A stretch of DNA of 62,886 nt, the filler included, from Collodictyon triciliatum (Eukaryota): NCBI GenBank assembly GCA_043381765.1. It is 6 parts of 6 records of this genome, joined end to end, with 100 filler letters (N's around TTAATTAATTAA, not from the genome) between each part and the next. Parts side by side here need not be neighbours in the genome. Positions count along the whole stretch, not along the records: positions 13,236 to 21,045 come from JBHJMP010002385.1; positions 21,146 to 32,656 come from JBHJMP010002387.1; 4 more parts are not named here. One strand, given 5' to 3'. A program made the position numbers and the translations under genes. Each line of letters opens with the position of its first letter. Positions within the stretch are counted from its first letter, which is position 1. Shown here in pieces: positions 13,236-31,000 of the stretch. A model generated the notes under the pieces. The model saw only the letters and a list, made by a program, of their open reading frames with translations. It did not search any database and was not told the DNA's origin.

Positions 13236-13442
13236 TGTTATTATTGTTGTTATTATTGTTGTTATTATTGTTGTTATTATTGTTGTTATTATTGTTGTTA
13301 TTATTGTTGTTATTATTGTTGTTATTATTGTTTTATTTTATTATTATGCCTTTTTATTCTGCTTTTTGCCAGGATTTAAATAATTTTTAATTGTTTGATT
13401 TTAGTAGTTTGCTGATAATTTCTTTGGTATTTTTTATTTAAG

Positions 13443-17477
<4,035 letters not shown>

Positions 17478-18258
17478 GTCGATCTTCTCCCTGGAATAAA
17501 CACATTGGATGACTCTGCACACGCTACACCTGCATCTCACTGGAGTATTTTGGTTTTATTTTGGTTTTTTTGAATTTATTTTTTATTTTATTTTCATTTT
17601 ATTTTCACTTTATTTTTCATTTTACTTTTATTTTCATTTAATTTTGATTTGAATTTGTTTTTGATTATTTGTTTGTGTTCTTTTTTTAACGCGCGTATTG
17701 GCTCGTTGGCGAATGAATGACATCAATAATGACTAAAGCGCATCGCGCACATCGACACACTATGAGTGAGACATATATATAAGAAAAAAACAATGAATCG
17801 ATACATTGCGCATTTATCAAAATAATGGTGGTGATAATTGAATAATCACACACTTAAACAAACACCCATGAACGTAAAAAATAAAAAAAAATAAAAAAAC
17901 AGGAAAGGAAAGGAAAGGAAAAATGCGTATTTATTCATTAAAAAATGTAGAGCATTTTGTAAAACTGTGGAAGGAAGAAAGGAAGAAAAAATAAAGTATG
18001 GCGAGTTCGTCAGTATATCTTGAATAAAAAAAAAGGAAGGAAGGGAAAAAAGAGAGAAAACAGTAATGAGGAAGGAAAGATGTATGAAGAAAAAAAAGCA
18101 GCAGCGAAACATAAAAATAAAGCAAGATAAAAAAAAGAGTATTTCATCTCTCTTTTTTTTTTCTTCCTCCCGTCTTCTGCAATCAACCTGCTTCCACCTT
18201 CCTCTTCGCTCTTCCTCCATCCGCGCTCGTTCGCAGCCGCCGATACTCACACTTGCGC

Positions 18259-19623
18259 TCACTGGAAAAAGAATTCGAAGCCGTTGCCACCCGCGCCGCC
18301 TCCGGGGAACCCGCCTCTCGAGCTGCGGCCGCCGCGATGTCCGTGGCTGTGGAATCCGCCTGCCCCTGGAAATCCACCTGCTCCGGGAAATCCGCCTCCG
18401 CCGCCTCCGCCAAAGAACATTTGGAAGATTTGGTTCGGGTCGATTCCTGTGTGGGTTGTGTTGCGGTGCGGTGTGGAGAGGCGATGACAAAGATAAGTCT
18501 GATAAATCACGTGCGTATTGATGGTGATAATGAAAGTGGAAATGGAAATGGAAATGGAAATGGAAGTGGAAATGATAATCAGAATCAGAATCAGAATCAG
18601 AATCAGAATCAGAATCAGAATCATGGGGATATTAGAAGATAGTCAGAATGGAATTGTATCGTGACACAGAAAATAATAGGGAAAATAAAAATAAATAAAA
18701 AAAGACAAATGAGGAAATAGGGAGAAATAAAGCGTAAAACAGCTAAAGACACGTGAATTGAAGCGTGCTCCGCATTCATAAATAAAACTGTAGATCACAA
18801 AAATATGATAAAAGACATGTTGATATGTCATATTAGTGGAGGGAGGTGTCGATTTAAAAAGAAGCGAGATTTGAAAGCCAAGGCTGAAAAATATGACAGC
18901 GGAATCGAGAGTAATATAAAAAGAAACGCAAGAATAAATGCAGAGCACTGGAATTATTGATTAAAGTATGAGATGCAAAACCAAATGAATGAATGAATGG
19001 GTAAATTTTGAGCGACTAGTGGTGTGGTTGCAAGAGAAAGGGAATGAAAGAAAACCGTGTGCTCCTCCATGCATTCCTGCTGTGCCTTGGTTAATGTCGT
19101 CGATTTCCGCACCTGCGTCGTAGTGTTGTTTCTTTTGCTCGTCGCTCAGAATGGCGTATGCCTTCATGATTGAAACAATACTAAGTTTTACAGGTTTACA
19201 AAATCATAGTGCCCAGCAAAAATAGAAGATTTTTTGAGGTATCAAATAACTTCAAAGTTGCGAGTGAATGAGAGAGGACGGTAATTTCCTTGGATGTCAA
19301 AAGGAATCAAGATAAAAGTCAAAGGAAGAGAAGGAAAGGAACTTTGAGAAAGGAGAAAATAAAAGATAAAGGAAAAGGAAGGGTTTAAAATTAAAAAAAA
19401 AAAAAGCAGGTAACATCAAATCAAATAGGTATAAACCTCGCCGATCTCCTTGAATTTCTTTTCAGCGGCAACATGGGCCTCTGGTGATTGATTGTGTTTA
19501 TCTGAAAAGGAGGAGATAATTTGTTGAGAATGATGTTTTTGAGTTTCATATATATTCAACGGTATGCCCTATAGTAATATTGAGACAATATGAGGCGATT
19601 TGGAGGACTGATTTGCTCTTAGC

Positions 19624-19713
<90 letters not shown>

Positions 19714-20916
19714 GATAAAAAATATTGAAATGGGACCAAAAGGATACATTTAGTGTGTTATATTTAATCATCATAATAGTTTGTAGTTTTTATGTTGATT
19801 GGTTTTTTGCATTTAAAATTGGGACGTAGAATAAGATGAGATTTATTATTTCAAGGAAAAAAGAAAGAGAACTGATGCATGAGAACAGGGTAAACCTGGA
19901 TGCCATTGGAGTGCAAGTTTGCGATATGCCTTCTTTCTAGTGAATACAAATTCATAGAGGCAGGATTTAAAAAAAAAAGCACATGTATGGTGATCAGATG
20001 CACCTTATTCCGATGCACTTAGACATATGGAAACTCAGGATAGGGAATTATAAGTGGCATGCACACCCACATCTCGTTCTGATCGGCTGTTTTAGGTACA
20101 TCGAGAATTTTGTAGAGGTCTTTGCGCCCAGCTTTCTTGTGAGCGAGTTGAGCGCGTCGGAAACTATCGGCGTACTCTGCGACAAAAAAAATTGAAAATA
20201 TTTAAAAAGACACATACTTCACTAAGAATGAATATATTAAACGGTCGAAGCAGATGATAATTTCTTAGATACGTGACATGTCACACCTCTATTGTCTGGG
20301 TCTGCGTTCATTAAAGACTGAAAGTCTCTCATGGCGTCTTCGTATTGATCAAGCTCCATGTTACACTGGAGGAAAGAATGAAAGGTACTTTAGGTGTAGT
20401 TTCTGTAGGAAATGTTCATTATCGTTGTATACAATAAAAATCGCTAATTATTATATTTTGTTTCCAGGTTTTGGTTTAGTCAGCTTGTTATTGAAAGGCT
20501 GTATTTTTCGTGAAAGGCTTTTTTTTTAATTGAACCTCTGCTCTCCTTTTAATCGATTTGTGGTAGTGAGGATTTAAATCAGTAGACGAATTACAATCCG
20601 TGATGGCTCGTGTGTAATCTTTCATCTACAGTTTTGATGAAAATGTTACGAGTAAGAGAAAGTCATCACTCGTCCTAGTGAATATGTATCATACAATCGC
20701 ATATTTTATGGTTACTGTGTCGAGTATCAATTTTCCCCAGAAAAATTCGAAATAGAATGATTCACGGAAGGCAGTAAATGGACTTGTAGTAACCTTCATG
20801 TAAGCAGCAGCGCGGTTTCCATAAAGAACAGCATTCAGGTTCTTGTTTGCAGGGTCGATTTCGAGCGCTTGGGAGTAGATTTCGACCGCGTTGGTATATT
20901 GGCCCGATGTAAATGC
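18259..20916 (-). CDS. DNAJC7: DnaJ homolog subfamily C member 7 (TPR + J domain), 5'-partial
   Basis: TPR exons (YSQALEIDPANKNLNAVLYGNRAAAYMK), J domain DLYKILDV...KKAYRKLALQWHP|DK...KFKEIGE|AYAILSD, and a G/F-rich tail IDPNQIFQMFFGGGG...FEFFFQ*. Confidence 0.93.
19623..19713. repeat. (CAA)n microsatellite in a DNAJC7 intron
   Basis: Read directly. Confidence 0.95.
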
Positions 20917-21045
20917 TGTAAAGTACAATGATTCGATGAGTAGATTTAGTTGCGCAAAAAAAAAAAAAAAAAAGGGGGGGGGGGGTTTTTTTTTAAAAAA
21001 AAAAAAAAAAAACTTTTTTTTTAATAAAAAATAAAAAAAAAACAC

Positions 21046-21145
21046 NNNNNNNNNNNNNNNNNNNNNNNNNNNNNNNNNNNNNNNNNNNNTTAATTAATTA
21101 ANNNNNNNNNNNNNNNNNNNNNNNNNNNNNNNNNNNNNNNNNNNN
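21046..21145. other. Artificial contig-join spacer
   Basis: TTAATTAATTAA at 21090-21101 within Ns. Confidence 0.95.
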
Positions 21146-21258
21146 TTTAGTTTTAGTTTTAGTTTTAGTTTTAGTTTTAGTTTTAGTTTTAGTTTTAGTT
21201 TTAGTTTTAGTTTTAGTTTTAGTTTTAGTTTTAGTTTTAGTTTTAGTTTTAGCTTTAG
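21146..21258. repeat. (TTTTAG)n microsatellite
   Basis: Read directly. Confidence 0.95.
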
Positions 21259-22035
21259 TTTTTATGTTTTTTTCATTGCTTTTTTTTTAAAAAAATTTTT
21301 TTTCTCTGTTTATTTGGAATGAAACGGCGGAAAGAATATAGTCTCCAACACTTCGACTCACTTCGGCTTTTGGTTTTGTTGGCAGAACAGACCTCATTTC
21401 CTTCTCCTATTGCTCCTTCCCTGGAGACCTTCACATCTGCATGAGGGCAAACTTGATAATGGAAGATAATCATCATATTAATCGGTGTGGTGATATTCTG
21501 ATAAGGGCCACAGAAGCGTTGTCAAGGAGATGAGATTTAAAAGGGATTGCCTTTGCGTTCCGGTGATTTATTTTCTCATGCGCCGACAGCTTCACTCTGT
21601 GGTGTCACTGTAGATTATGCTCTGATGGAGCTGATAACTCAACGCTGACAAAAACCAATGCGAATATGACGCTTATTGAAAAAATATGCCACTCCTTTCT
21701 TCTTTCTTTTTTTTTTCTATTCTCGTATTTTCTGCTATGATGCAGTCGATTAATACATATGACGTTTGAAATAATGCCCATTTGGAATGTCACACATACA
21801 CATTTTTATTCACTCGTCGATTAGAGGAAAAACGGAAGTAAAAGCGGTAAGGTTGACAATTATTAAGGCTATTTATATACCGTATCTTTGCACGAAAGTT
21901 CTGACATAACTTTTGTTTCTTGGAACAGCAAGTTAGAAAAATGTTAAGACGTAATAGTGTTGAATCTTTTTCTTTAAGAAAGGATTATGAAATGATAGTG
22001 AGCCAGAGCAAACAAAACAGGGTTCACAAGAGGGA

Positions 22036-23949
22036 CTACGCAGCCTCCAAATATGCCTCCTGTCTGTTTGTTAGCTTCTCTTCAGACTCTTCTGCCTTTG
22101 GAAGATCGATTTGTTCAATGCTTGAGGCTGTGTCGTCGACCAGGAGAGATGGGTCACATATGTTTTCCAGATTCTTGAGCTTGTCATCCAGATTCGACTC
22201 AAGCTTTGAGTTCAAGAAAAACGTCTCCATCATTCCAACCCCTTTGACCTCTATTTGACCTCGGGATTCCATGTCAAACTTTTTGTTCAGTCTAGACGCA
22301 GTAATCCCAGATATATGAATTCTAGCTGGCATTCCATGAGATTCCATCTTTCCTGCCTATTGAATCGCACAAAAACAAATATCAAAAGTTAAAGGAAAGG
22401 CCAAAACCTTAATTGTGCTAAAGCATCCAGCCCTCACCATATTGACTGTTTCTCCAAAGAGAGAGTAGTGTGGCATTTTATATCCAACTATCCCTGCAAC
22501 TACAGACCTACCGCATGGTTTTAAAAACACCTTTAATTTTACTCGCTTCAGTCACTTTACTCCTCGTGTAACTTTATTCATGAAAGTACTTTTTGATATT
22601 GATTTTTACTTACCCTGTATGAAAACCCATCCTAAATCTCAACGGATTTCCATCCGGGCTGATGATTGATTTTGATTTTGCCATTACTTCCAATGCAAAA
22701 TCAGCCATTTGCTCAGGGTGACCATCAGTCTTTTCAGGGCAGCCAGCAACCGCAACATACGCATCTCCTATAGTCTACAGAAATAAATGAGTGTTTTGTT
22801 TCAAAGCAAAAAGAAAGATATAGAGAGACATAGTTAAAAACATATTTTATCCTTACCTCTACTTTGTATATTCCATATTTATCTGCAACATCGTCTACAA
22901 TTTGCCATAGTTCATTAATGAATTGAAACATCTGCTCTGGTCGAACAGTGCCAGACAGTACAGTAAAATTGCAAATATCCAAGTAGAACACAGTGACATC
23001 AGGGAATTCTTCAACAGAATGGTCTTGACCTGGGTGAACATGCTCGCATAAATGAAAAAAATACACTCAAAAAGAAAAAAAAGGGAATGAAAGAAAAAAA
23101 CGTTTTTTTACCTGATTTTATCTGGTTGATAATCTTTGGGGGTAGCATGTTGGCCAGGAGTTGCTCGGCAGCTTTTTTTGCTCGAACTAGCTCACGCCTC
23201 TGTCGAACGACAGTAGATTTGTAGTAGCAAACAATAAAAAAGACACATATTGTGGCGCCATATATATTCAAAAAGTGAGACACGGTATTTGCTGCGCGAG
23301 GCAGATGGAAATTGCGGACTTTAGATGCCTCTCGCAAAGCCAAGACAACAAGGCATGTCGTATACAGAATAAACCAGACGTAGTATGCACTGTGGCGATT
23401 ATAGAGGATAGCCAGAAGCATGGCGAGGAATCCCCATAACATCACCATACCCGAAGAAGCCCATCCACCGGCCCAGACGTGATCCAACAAGGCAAAGACA
23501 AACATGCCCGAGAGAGACAGGTTACGAAAAATGTCGAAGTCAACTGTATTCCAATAAATCATCAAAACAAAGACGTATAGTGCAACTAAGCCGAAAGACA
23601 GAAATTGAGCCATCGAGTCTGCAAAGAATGCCATCACAACTCCTCGAATGATGAATATTGTCATGGCAAGGTAAATCACCAGCGTAAGTGAGCTTTCAAA
23701 GACAAAGGCCTCGCTGATGTGGCTGTCATCAAAGTTGCTGCTATTGTTTGGCGCTGTCATGCCTTTGACGTCCTGTTTGCCATCAATGCCTCCTCGAGAT
23801 TGAACATGGTTTGAGAAAGTAATGCGAGTCATAAAAGACCATAGAGCCCGCTCAAGGGAATGCGATTCCGTGGTGTGGAGTGTAGAAGAATGATCTTGCG
23901 AGCTATGGTCTGCTCCGGAGTTACTCGCGGTATCTGGGCTATCACTCAT
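22036..23949 (-). CDS. Membrane-anchored class III nucleotidyl cyclase (guanylyl-cyclase-like), about 6 TM plus one catalytic domain
   Basis: TM exon ending AEQLLANMLPPKI, then DVTVFYLDICNFT, YKVE|TIGDAY, FRMGFHTG|SVVAGIVGYKMPHYSLFGETVNM|AGKMESHG. Start codon uncertain. Confidence 0.9.
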
Positions 23950-25081
23950 AGTATAGTTTTTTTTTCTCCTCTAGAAAAAAACGACCTCGAGTTTTTGAGG
24001 ATGATGAGCTCTTCCGCGCTCTATAGCCTGGCTTGGCAGCTTGGTGAGCTATGGAAAAGAAGCTTCAAGTAAGTCATTTGATGTCTGCATTTTATTGTCC
24101 GAAGCGTGTGCGGGGCGGCGGATGTGATTAGTTTGTATGATTTCCAGCTTCCTCTCGTGAGAGAGGGCATCCTGTTGCTTCAGATTCAGGTATATTTTGT
24201 GGCACCCATCAACGGTTGGCCTGCCGTCATCGTGATTTCTGATGACACTCTGCGCGCACACGGTGACGCACTGTCTGGTTCGCTCCCAGTCGCACTTGCT
24301 GCCATCTCAGGTAATAAATGCTGCGAGCCAACTGCATTGTTTACAGGCTCGAAAATTCAATGTGCACCTCATCATCACACACAATTAACAAAATCGCCTG
24401 ACATAATCAGAGTTGACTATAATTGAAGCAGACATTTGGATTGAGATTATATATTCCACATTTAATTATATTTATTATATGTATATTATACTATTATATG
24501 CATAATTGTGCTGTTATGTGCTTTAAATAATTAATATGAGAATTTTACACATGGTTTATATTATATAATCCAGAAATAGAATATCATTTGAACATTTGAA
24601 TTTTCTCTCACCAACAGCATAAACCTAAGCGCAGGAATCTTAGGCGAAGCGCAGATGCACACGAGTTGAAGTGCGGCACTTTCGCCGCGAGACTGGGTTG
24701 CTGAATGGTGAGAATGGGGAGGAAATGGAAGCTCCGTGAATTCGACCATCCTTTGGAAAGCGAAGCCAGTCTTCCAGGAGGCTTCGCCGAAGAGAACTGC
24801 ATTCAAAGCACACTGATCGCATCTCCAAGAGCCTTTCCGCACACTTTATGCTTTTTTTTTTCTTCTTCTCTTTTTCTTCATTTTTTCTTGCTCTCTCTTT
24901 CTTTCTTACTTTCTCTCTTTCTCTCTTTCTCTCTATTTAATAGTTAAGAGCCTGGTTGATCAAAGTGCCACTCCTTTCAGGTTTTGTGGCGGCAATAGAG
25001 GCCAATCATCTAACTTGCAGCGCTATACTATTCGCAGAGTCAACTTCTTTCTGGGAGGGAATCAACTGAAATCACTCGCTG

Positions 25082-28000
25082 ATGGCGTCTGCAGCATCGA
25101 ATATCGATCAAACCGTGAATGAGAAGCTCTTTTGGGCTCGCCTGGGGTTGCTTCACGCCCACTGGAAGGTTGGCAGTATTCTCTTGGGGATTTGAAAATG
25201 GAAAGGCTTCATATTGAAGAACAACATAATGATAAAAAAAAATGCAAATAAAAATTGAAATAAAAATGCCAAAATTAAAAACAAAATAAAACGTAACCGG
25301 AATAATCAATAAGCAAAACGCAGCTCTTGTGGGCATGTCGTTCTTTTTTTGATACTGTGACTTTTCAAGACCTGAGATCTTCCAAACCATGAAAATATCT
25401 GGAATGGTTCAAGACTAATACAAAATCAAACTACTTCTGTAAATAGAAAAACCAAAACGAGGAATCACTCTATAACGGAGTTGGGGCCATCGTCGTATGT
25501 AGTGTCCCAGAAGACAACGAAACAAACTACTCCAAGAGCTTGTCGATCTTTCATTGGTTTTTTGATCAGCCATCGTACGACACGATCCTTGTCTTCACAA
25601 AGACCACTTTGGACATAATAGCCACAGGGAAGAGATGTAAGCAATGTTTTTTTTTTATGACGCTATATCTTGGTTATAGATCCTTTCCTTTTTCACGATG
25701 ATTTTGCCTCCAAAACAATTTTTATATCGCCGTTCTTTTTGTCCGATCAAGATTGTCTAAAGCGCCACCACATATGATGGGTTGACTTAACAAAGCATGA
25801 TTCATAACAGTGGAGCGTTTTCAGCCTCTTGGAACAAGGCTTGAAGGAGCTGTTGCAGTCAATATAAATCTCATTGAGAAACCAAAGGGATCCTTGGAAC
25901 CAGCACTGGAGTCTACAATTAGAAGAATCAAGGAGAGCAGTCCCGGCGTATGTTACTAATCCCTTTATCGCAGCCACAACCAAGGAAAGAAATAGTTTAA
26001 ACCTTTGCAGACTATCATAATCACTACCCATCCTAAACCTCATTTTTGTCATAGAAAACAATCGGCGTCATCGCGAAGGAGATGCAAACCATAGACATTT
26101 ACCAACAAATGAAGCCCATTCTAGCATCCCACAATATCAGCGAGGTTGATGTGTCATTGGCTGTTTCTGCCATTCTCGCAGTAAAAGACGAAGATGCTAT
26201 GGTTTGTTTTTAATAATACACCCACTCTTTCCAACATAAAAAAGTCGCCGCGTTTAAGTCCTTATTGGGTATGCTATATGACATCTACTATACTTTGGTT
26301 TGGTTTCAGACAAACACAGTCAAGGCGTCAAGATTCGCATCAGCCATTCTAACGAAATTCCTTGTGAGCAAGATCGAAGATGCCGTCGACAAAGGAACCA
26401 AGGTAATTATTGTTGGCGCCATCAAAATTGTTTTCCATGAGACACACGTGTCCAGTGTTTGTTACAATGTTATCTCTAGGTCAAACATAATCGCTTGGCC
26501 GAAGAAACCGAAAAAATGCTGCAGAAGCCAGCCATCAACGGGCTAAAGGTCTCGCCTATCTTACACATATACGAGTTTATTAATTTATTTCTTCATTCGC
26601 TCCAAATCGCTATAGCTTCCTTTTTGGTTCGCTTATTTTTTCTATTTCGTCTTATAACTAGACTATTATTTAACCGTATTGTTCTGAGACTTACTCATGC
26701 AATCTTTTGCTCTTATTTTCTTCGAATCATACTAAGCAAGATTAATTTCTGCCTCGTGATCAGGTCAATCATGATTTTGTGGACTGTGCATACTTTCCGA
26801 TTATTCAAAGCGGTGGCAACTACAATCTCAAAATTAGTTGTCAATCTGACGAAAACAACCTTCAAGTTGGTGCAATTATATGCTCTTTGGGAGCTCGCTA
26901 CAAATTCTATTGCGCCAACGTAGCAAGAACATATTTCATTGGACCTACAAAGGCAAGAATTTAAGCTTGATATAATTATCTCAATCAGTTCATGTTAAAG
27001 AACTCATTTACAAGAAACGACAAGCAAATATTAGCAACAACATGTCAAGAACTTTTTTCTGGGAATTTTCTACCTTGATTATTTTTTTCTAACCTCACAT
27101 AACTTAGGACCAGGAAAAGAATTACGAATTCTTGAGATCTCTCCAAAGTCGCATTTTGGCTGCCATGGTTCCCAAGGAAACAGTTGCAAATGTCTATCAG
27201 GTTAATAACGCTATTTCGACTATCCACATAATATATTGAATTTTGCAGAGACTTGCTAAGACAAATTGATTATTTAGCCTTTCGCAAGTATTGTAAATTC
27301 TAATAATTCTAATTCGTCCATCCAGAAAGCCATCGATATAGTTCGAAAAGATCGACCTGATTTAATCCCTCATTTCTTCACTCCCTATCTCGGCTTTGTA
27401 GTAAGATGACATTCACACAACATATTCTCTGTGGTTGAAAACGCTGTATTTATACTGCTTTACATGGTTGAAAATTACTGCGCATTCTTTAATACGTGTA
27501 TTATTTCACAGATCGGACTCGAATTTCGGGACTCTATGATAAGCATAAATAATAAGTGCAATCGCAGAATAGAAGCAGGTCTATACAGCAAACAGTGATA
27601 TAAATACACGAATATTCCAAGGCCATTTACATTCAATTCTACTACTCTCGTAAATGCTCTTGACGATATTTTACAGATGTTGACAAGTAACACTTTCTTA
27701 AAACTCTGAAGGAATGACTTTCAATCTCAGCCTGGGATTCCATAATCTAGCGGTTGACCCTAAGAAACCTACAGAAGGGTCAAATATGTAAATATAATCC
27801 TTTCTCTTCATCTTATTTACAAATACTAAAGTAGTCGAGCGTGATTCTAAATAATCTGGTCCAGATACGCAATGCTTCTATCTGACACTGTATCCATCGA
27901 AATTGACGGCCCTGCTAAAATCCTTACACCACCAACATCAGAGTTTCAAAAAGTGTCATACGAATACAAAGATGTTTGTTTTATAAATTGATATAGAGAC

Positions 28001-31000
28001 TGGCCACGCACTTGATGGCGTATTTAAATTACCTGTGGATGCATATTACCTATGCTGTTGAGATGACGTGCCAAACGTTGTTTATTTATCTTATCTTCTA
28101 ATGCTATGATTATAGGAAACTGAGGACCCAAGTTCCATTCAAATACCAGCAGGTTGGCCAGAAGTTCATTTCAAATCATCATCCTATCTTTGAACACGCA
28201 ACGCTCCATTTATATATTTGATTAACTTCGGTGAAAAAAAAAAAGCCCTTGCAGACATGCCAACCAAGCCTCGTGATGCCCGTGTTGTTGGTGAAAAGCG
28301 CGAGGAACAAAGAAAAGTAATAAATATGACAATTAAGATACGCATCCACAACAATACAAACCCTTTCCTACCTACCGCACTTTTTTTTTTAAATATAAAC
28401 AAGACTATAACTTTCTTTGTTCGTCAGACCCTCTGGCCTTTTTATTTAGTGGCAATATAAGTTTACCTTAATAAGATTTATTTTTATAAAACAGGAAATC
28501 GTTGCAAAGCAGAAGGAAAAGTGAGAAAACTAAAATTGGTATCTATTTTGAACTGCACATATTTTCAACCGTTATTTTATGATTTTTTTCTTCAAATAGA
28601 ATTATTGAATCTCGGATGTCAAATCTTCCAAAAACGTCAGACCCAAGGTAAAACCTCGTTTCTCTTCGGATGCTGATATTTAAAATGTTTCATTTTATAA
28701 CAAAAAACACCACTGAAATTACTTATTAATTTCACAGCTCATCGGATGGATACACAAGCATCAGAGACCTTCCCGATATCACATCTGAGCAGGTACTTCC
28801 AAATCGTATTCAGAACTCAGAATTAGTCGCCAAAAGTATTTTATGTGACCACATACAGAAATAATATATAAATAATTTAACAGATCACAGTTGATGAAAA
28901 TCGCGAAATGATTCTTCTTCCAATATCTGGCGTACATATTCCATTCCATGTTGCGACAATAAAAGCCATATCCGCAACCGAAAATTCTGGTAACCTATTT
29001 CCTCTTGGCTATGATTTGTTATAACCTTCAGTTCCCACCTTTGTCAAAGTCAAACCTGCGTCGAACGCTTTCAACCCAACTCAGGAAACAAAGTATCAAC
29101 CGTGCGAGTTTCATTTTTTGCTCCAGGCCCCGCTGCAAACGTATCATACCCACCGGTATTGTACCCTACCTAATGATACTGGCATAAATAAATATTCAAG
29201 ACATAGAAAAACTACCTCACGTCATATTACACTAAGCGTAATCGAGTTTTCATATTAGGTGGTCAAATTTCCGAATGAAATGTTCATCAAGGAATTGTCA
29301 TTTCGCACAAAAGAGACCGAGCACGCAAAGAAAGGTGACTCATCTCTGAGTATCTCATATTATATATCATACCCTTCTATATGAAGAAGGCCAGGAAAAG
29401 AAAATAATGTAAAAATATAAATTCAAAACTTAAAAGAAACCACACATAATACTGGCGTTGCGGATAAACGGTCTTTATTCATATATATTTTTTAAAAAAT
29501 ATTTCTATTCATCAATGACTTACTTAAACACCTGATAATTACTGCATGTAGTTGTAAAAAGTATCAAAGACATGAAGAAACGGTTAACAGAAAAGGAGGC
29601 AGAGAAAAGAGATAAGTTGGACTTGGTTGCTCAGGAAGCACTCAAACTGAAGCGTAATGGAATAATTCAATATAACAATAATGTTCAAACATTTGGAGTT
29701 AAAGCAACCCCAGTAACATACCTACTTTTCATTCAATCGTGATTAATCTACACTATAATAATTATAACCACTTTTTTTGTACCAGAGTCTCCGCAAACAC
29801 TCAGCGGCCTTTCTGTGAGACCAGCACCAAGCAACCGCAAGTCTACTGTAAAACTAGAAGCGCATGCCAACGGGTTCCGTATTCTACTGATTTCAACGAG
29901 GGAGACGATAGGTTAAGTATTTTTGATGGTTGACATGCATAAAGCCACGCGCGTATGAGCGAGATGGTTAGATGTTTTCTTTCTCCACCCAGTTTTCTCA
30001 TTTCTTATCAGAAACATTACCCATTAGATATTATTTACAAGAACATCAAGCACGCCTTCTTTCATGATGGAACGAAGGATATTATCGTATCATTTTTGTT
30101 CTATCTTCATCACCCAATAATGGTTGGGAAGAAAAAAACCAAGGTGACAATGTGTCCTTAATTCTGTTACATAAGTACCCTGCTACATACAAGCTCCACA
30201 TTCATTGCACCAAGATTGTCATAGAATAATACTAGCCCTTTAATTAGGAAATTCAAGTATATACAGAAATTGTCGATTCTTCGTTTGACCTGCGTATGTT
30301 ACCGCCGCTGAATCCTATTGAGATACTATAAAAGCCTATCGCCGTCTTTCTGCTCTGGTGTCCCGATTCCCTAATATTTTGTTCAAGTATTGTCATTTAT
30401 CTGGGAATGCCTCTCATTCTTCTGCACTCAACTCTATTAGATGACAGATCGAATTCGTCTCGACATCGAAATGACGAGGAGGAAATGGAGGCAGAAATCC
30501 GTGAAAGGTAGACCACATCTTTTGAATGGATTACAGGATAATTCTTTACATTTTTAATTATTTCTATCCTATTCATTAAAAAAATAAAATAAGGGAGCTT
30601 CTCAAGAAAATCCAAAACTCTTTTGACTCCTTCAGAAAGAAAATCGAGGAAACTGTGAGTAATCAACGTTTCTTTAAAGGATTTTTTCCGAGAAAAGTCT
30701 AAACTTAATCCTACTAAAGTGAAATTGCCAGTGAGTGTCTAAGAAAAATCAACACAGCAAAAAGAGTTGAAGTTCGAAATCCCCTTCAGAGAGCTTGAGT
30801 TTGACGGTGTTCCTTACTTCGGTACTGTGAGAAGTTCGACAAATCATATTATTTGCCCCACTGGAAACTGTGTTGCACAAATTGTGAGTGTTTTATATTT
30901 TTATATTACTTCTCTAATCATGCTAACTGATGTCAAAGTCTACGAATGTTCCTACGGAATTAATTTATAACGAATACTTGTTTGGCTTCCTACTCAGTCG

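Noticed and set aside
20950..21045. A/G/T homopolymer blocks (also 51180-51277)
   Set aside because: This is typical low-quality sequence at contig ends.
21146..21258. (TTTTAG)n as a telomere
   Set aside because: It has no G-run, and it is one of many unrelated T-rich arrays at contig ends.
25372..25480. Non-AG acceptors for an apparent SPT16 mini-exon (NHENIWN)
   Set aside because: A canonical TAG at 25446 gives an in-phase exon KNQNEESLYNGVGAIVV, so no exception is needed.
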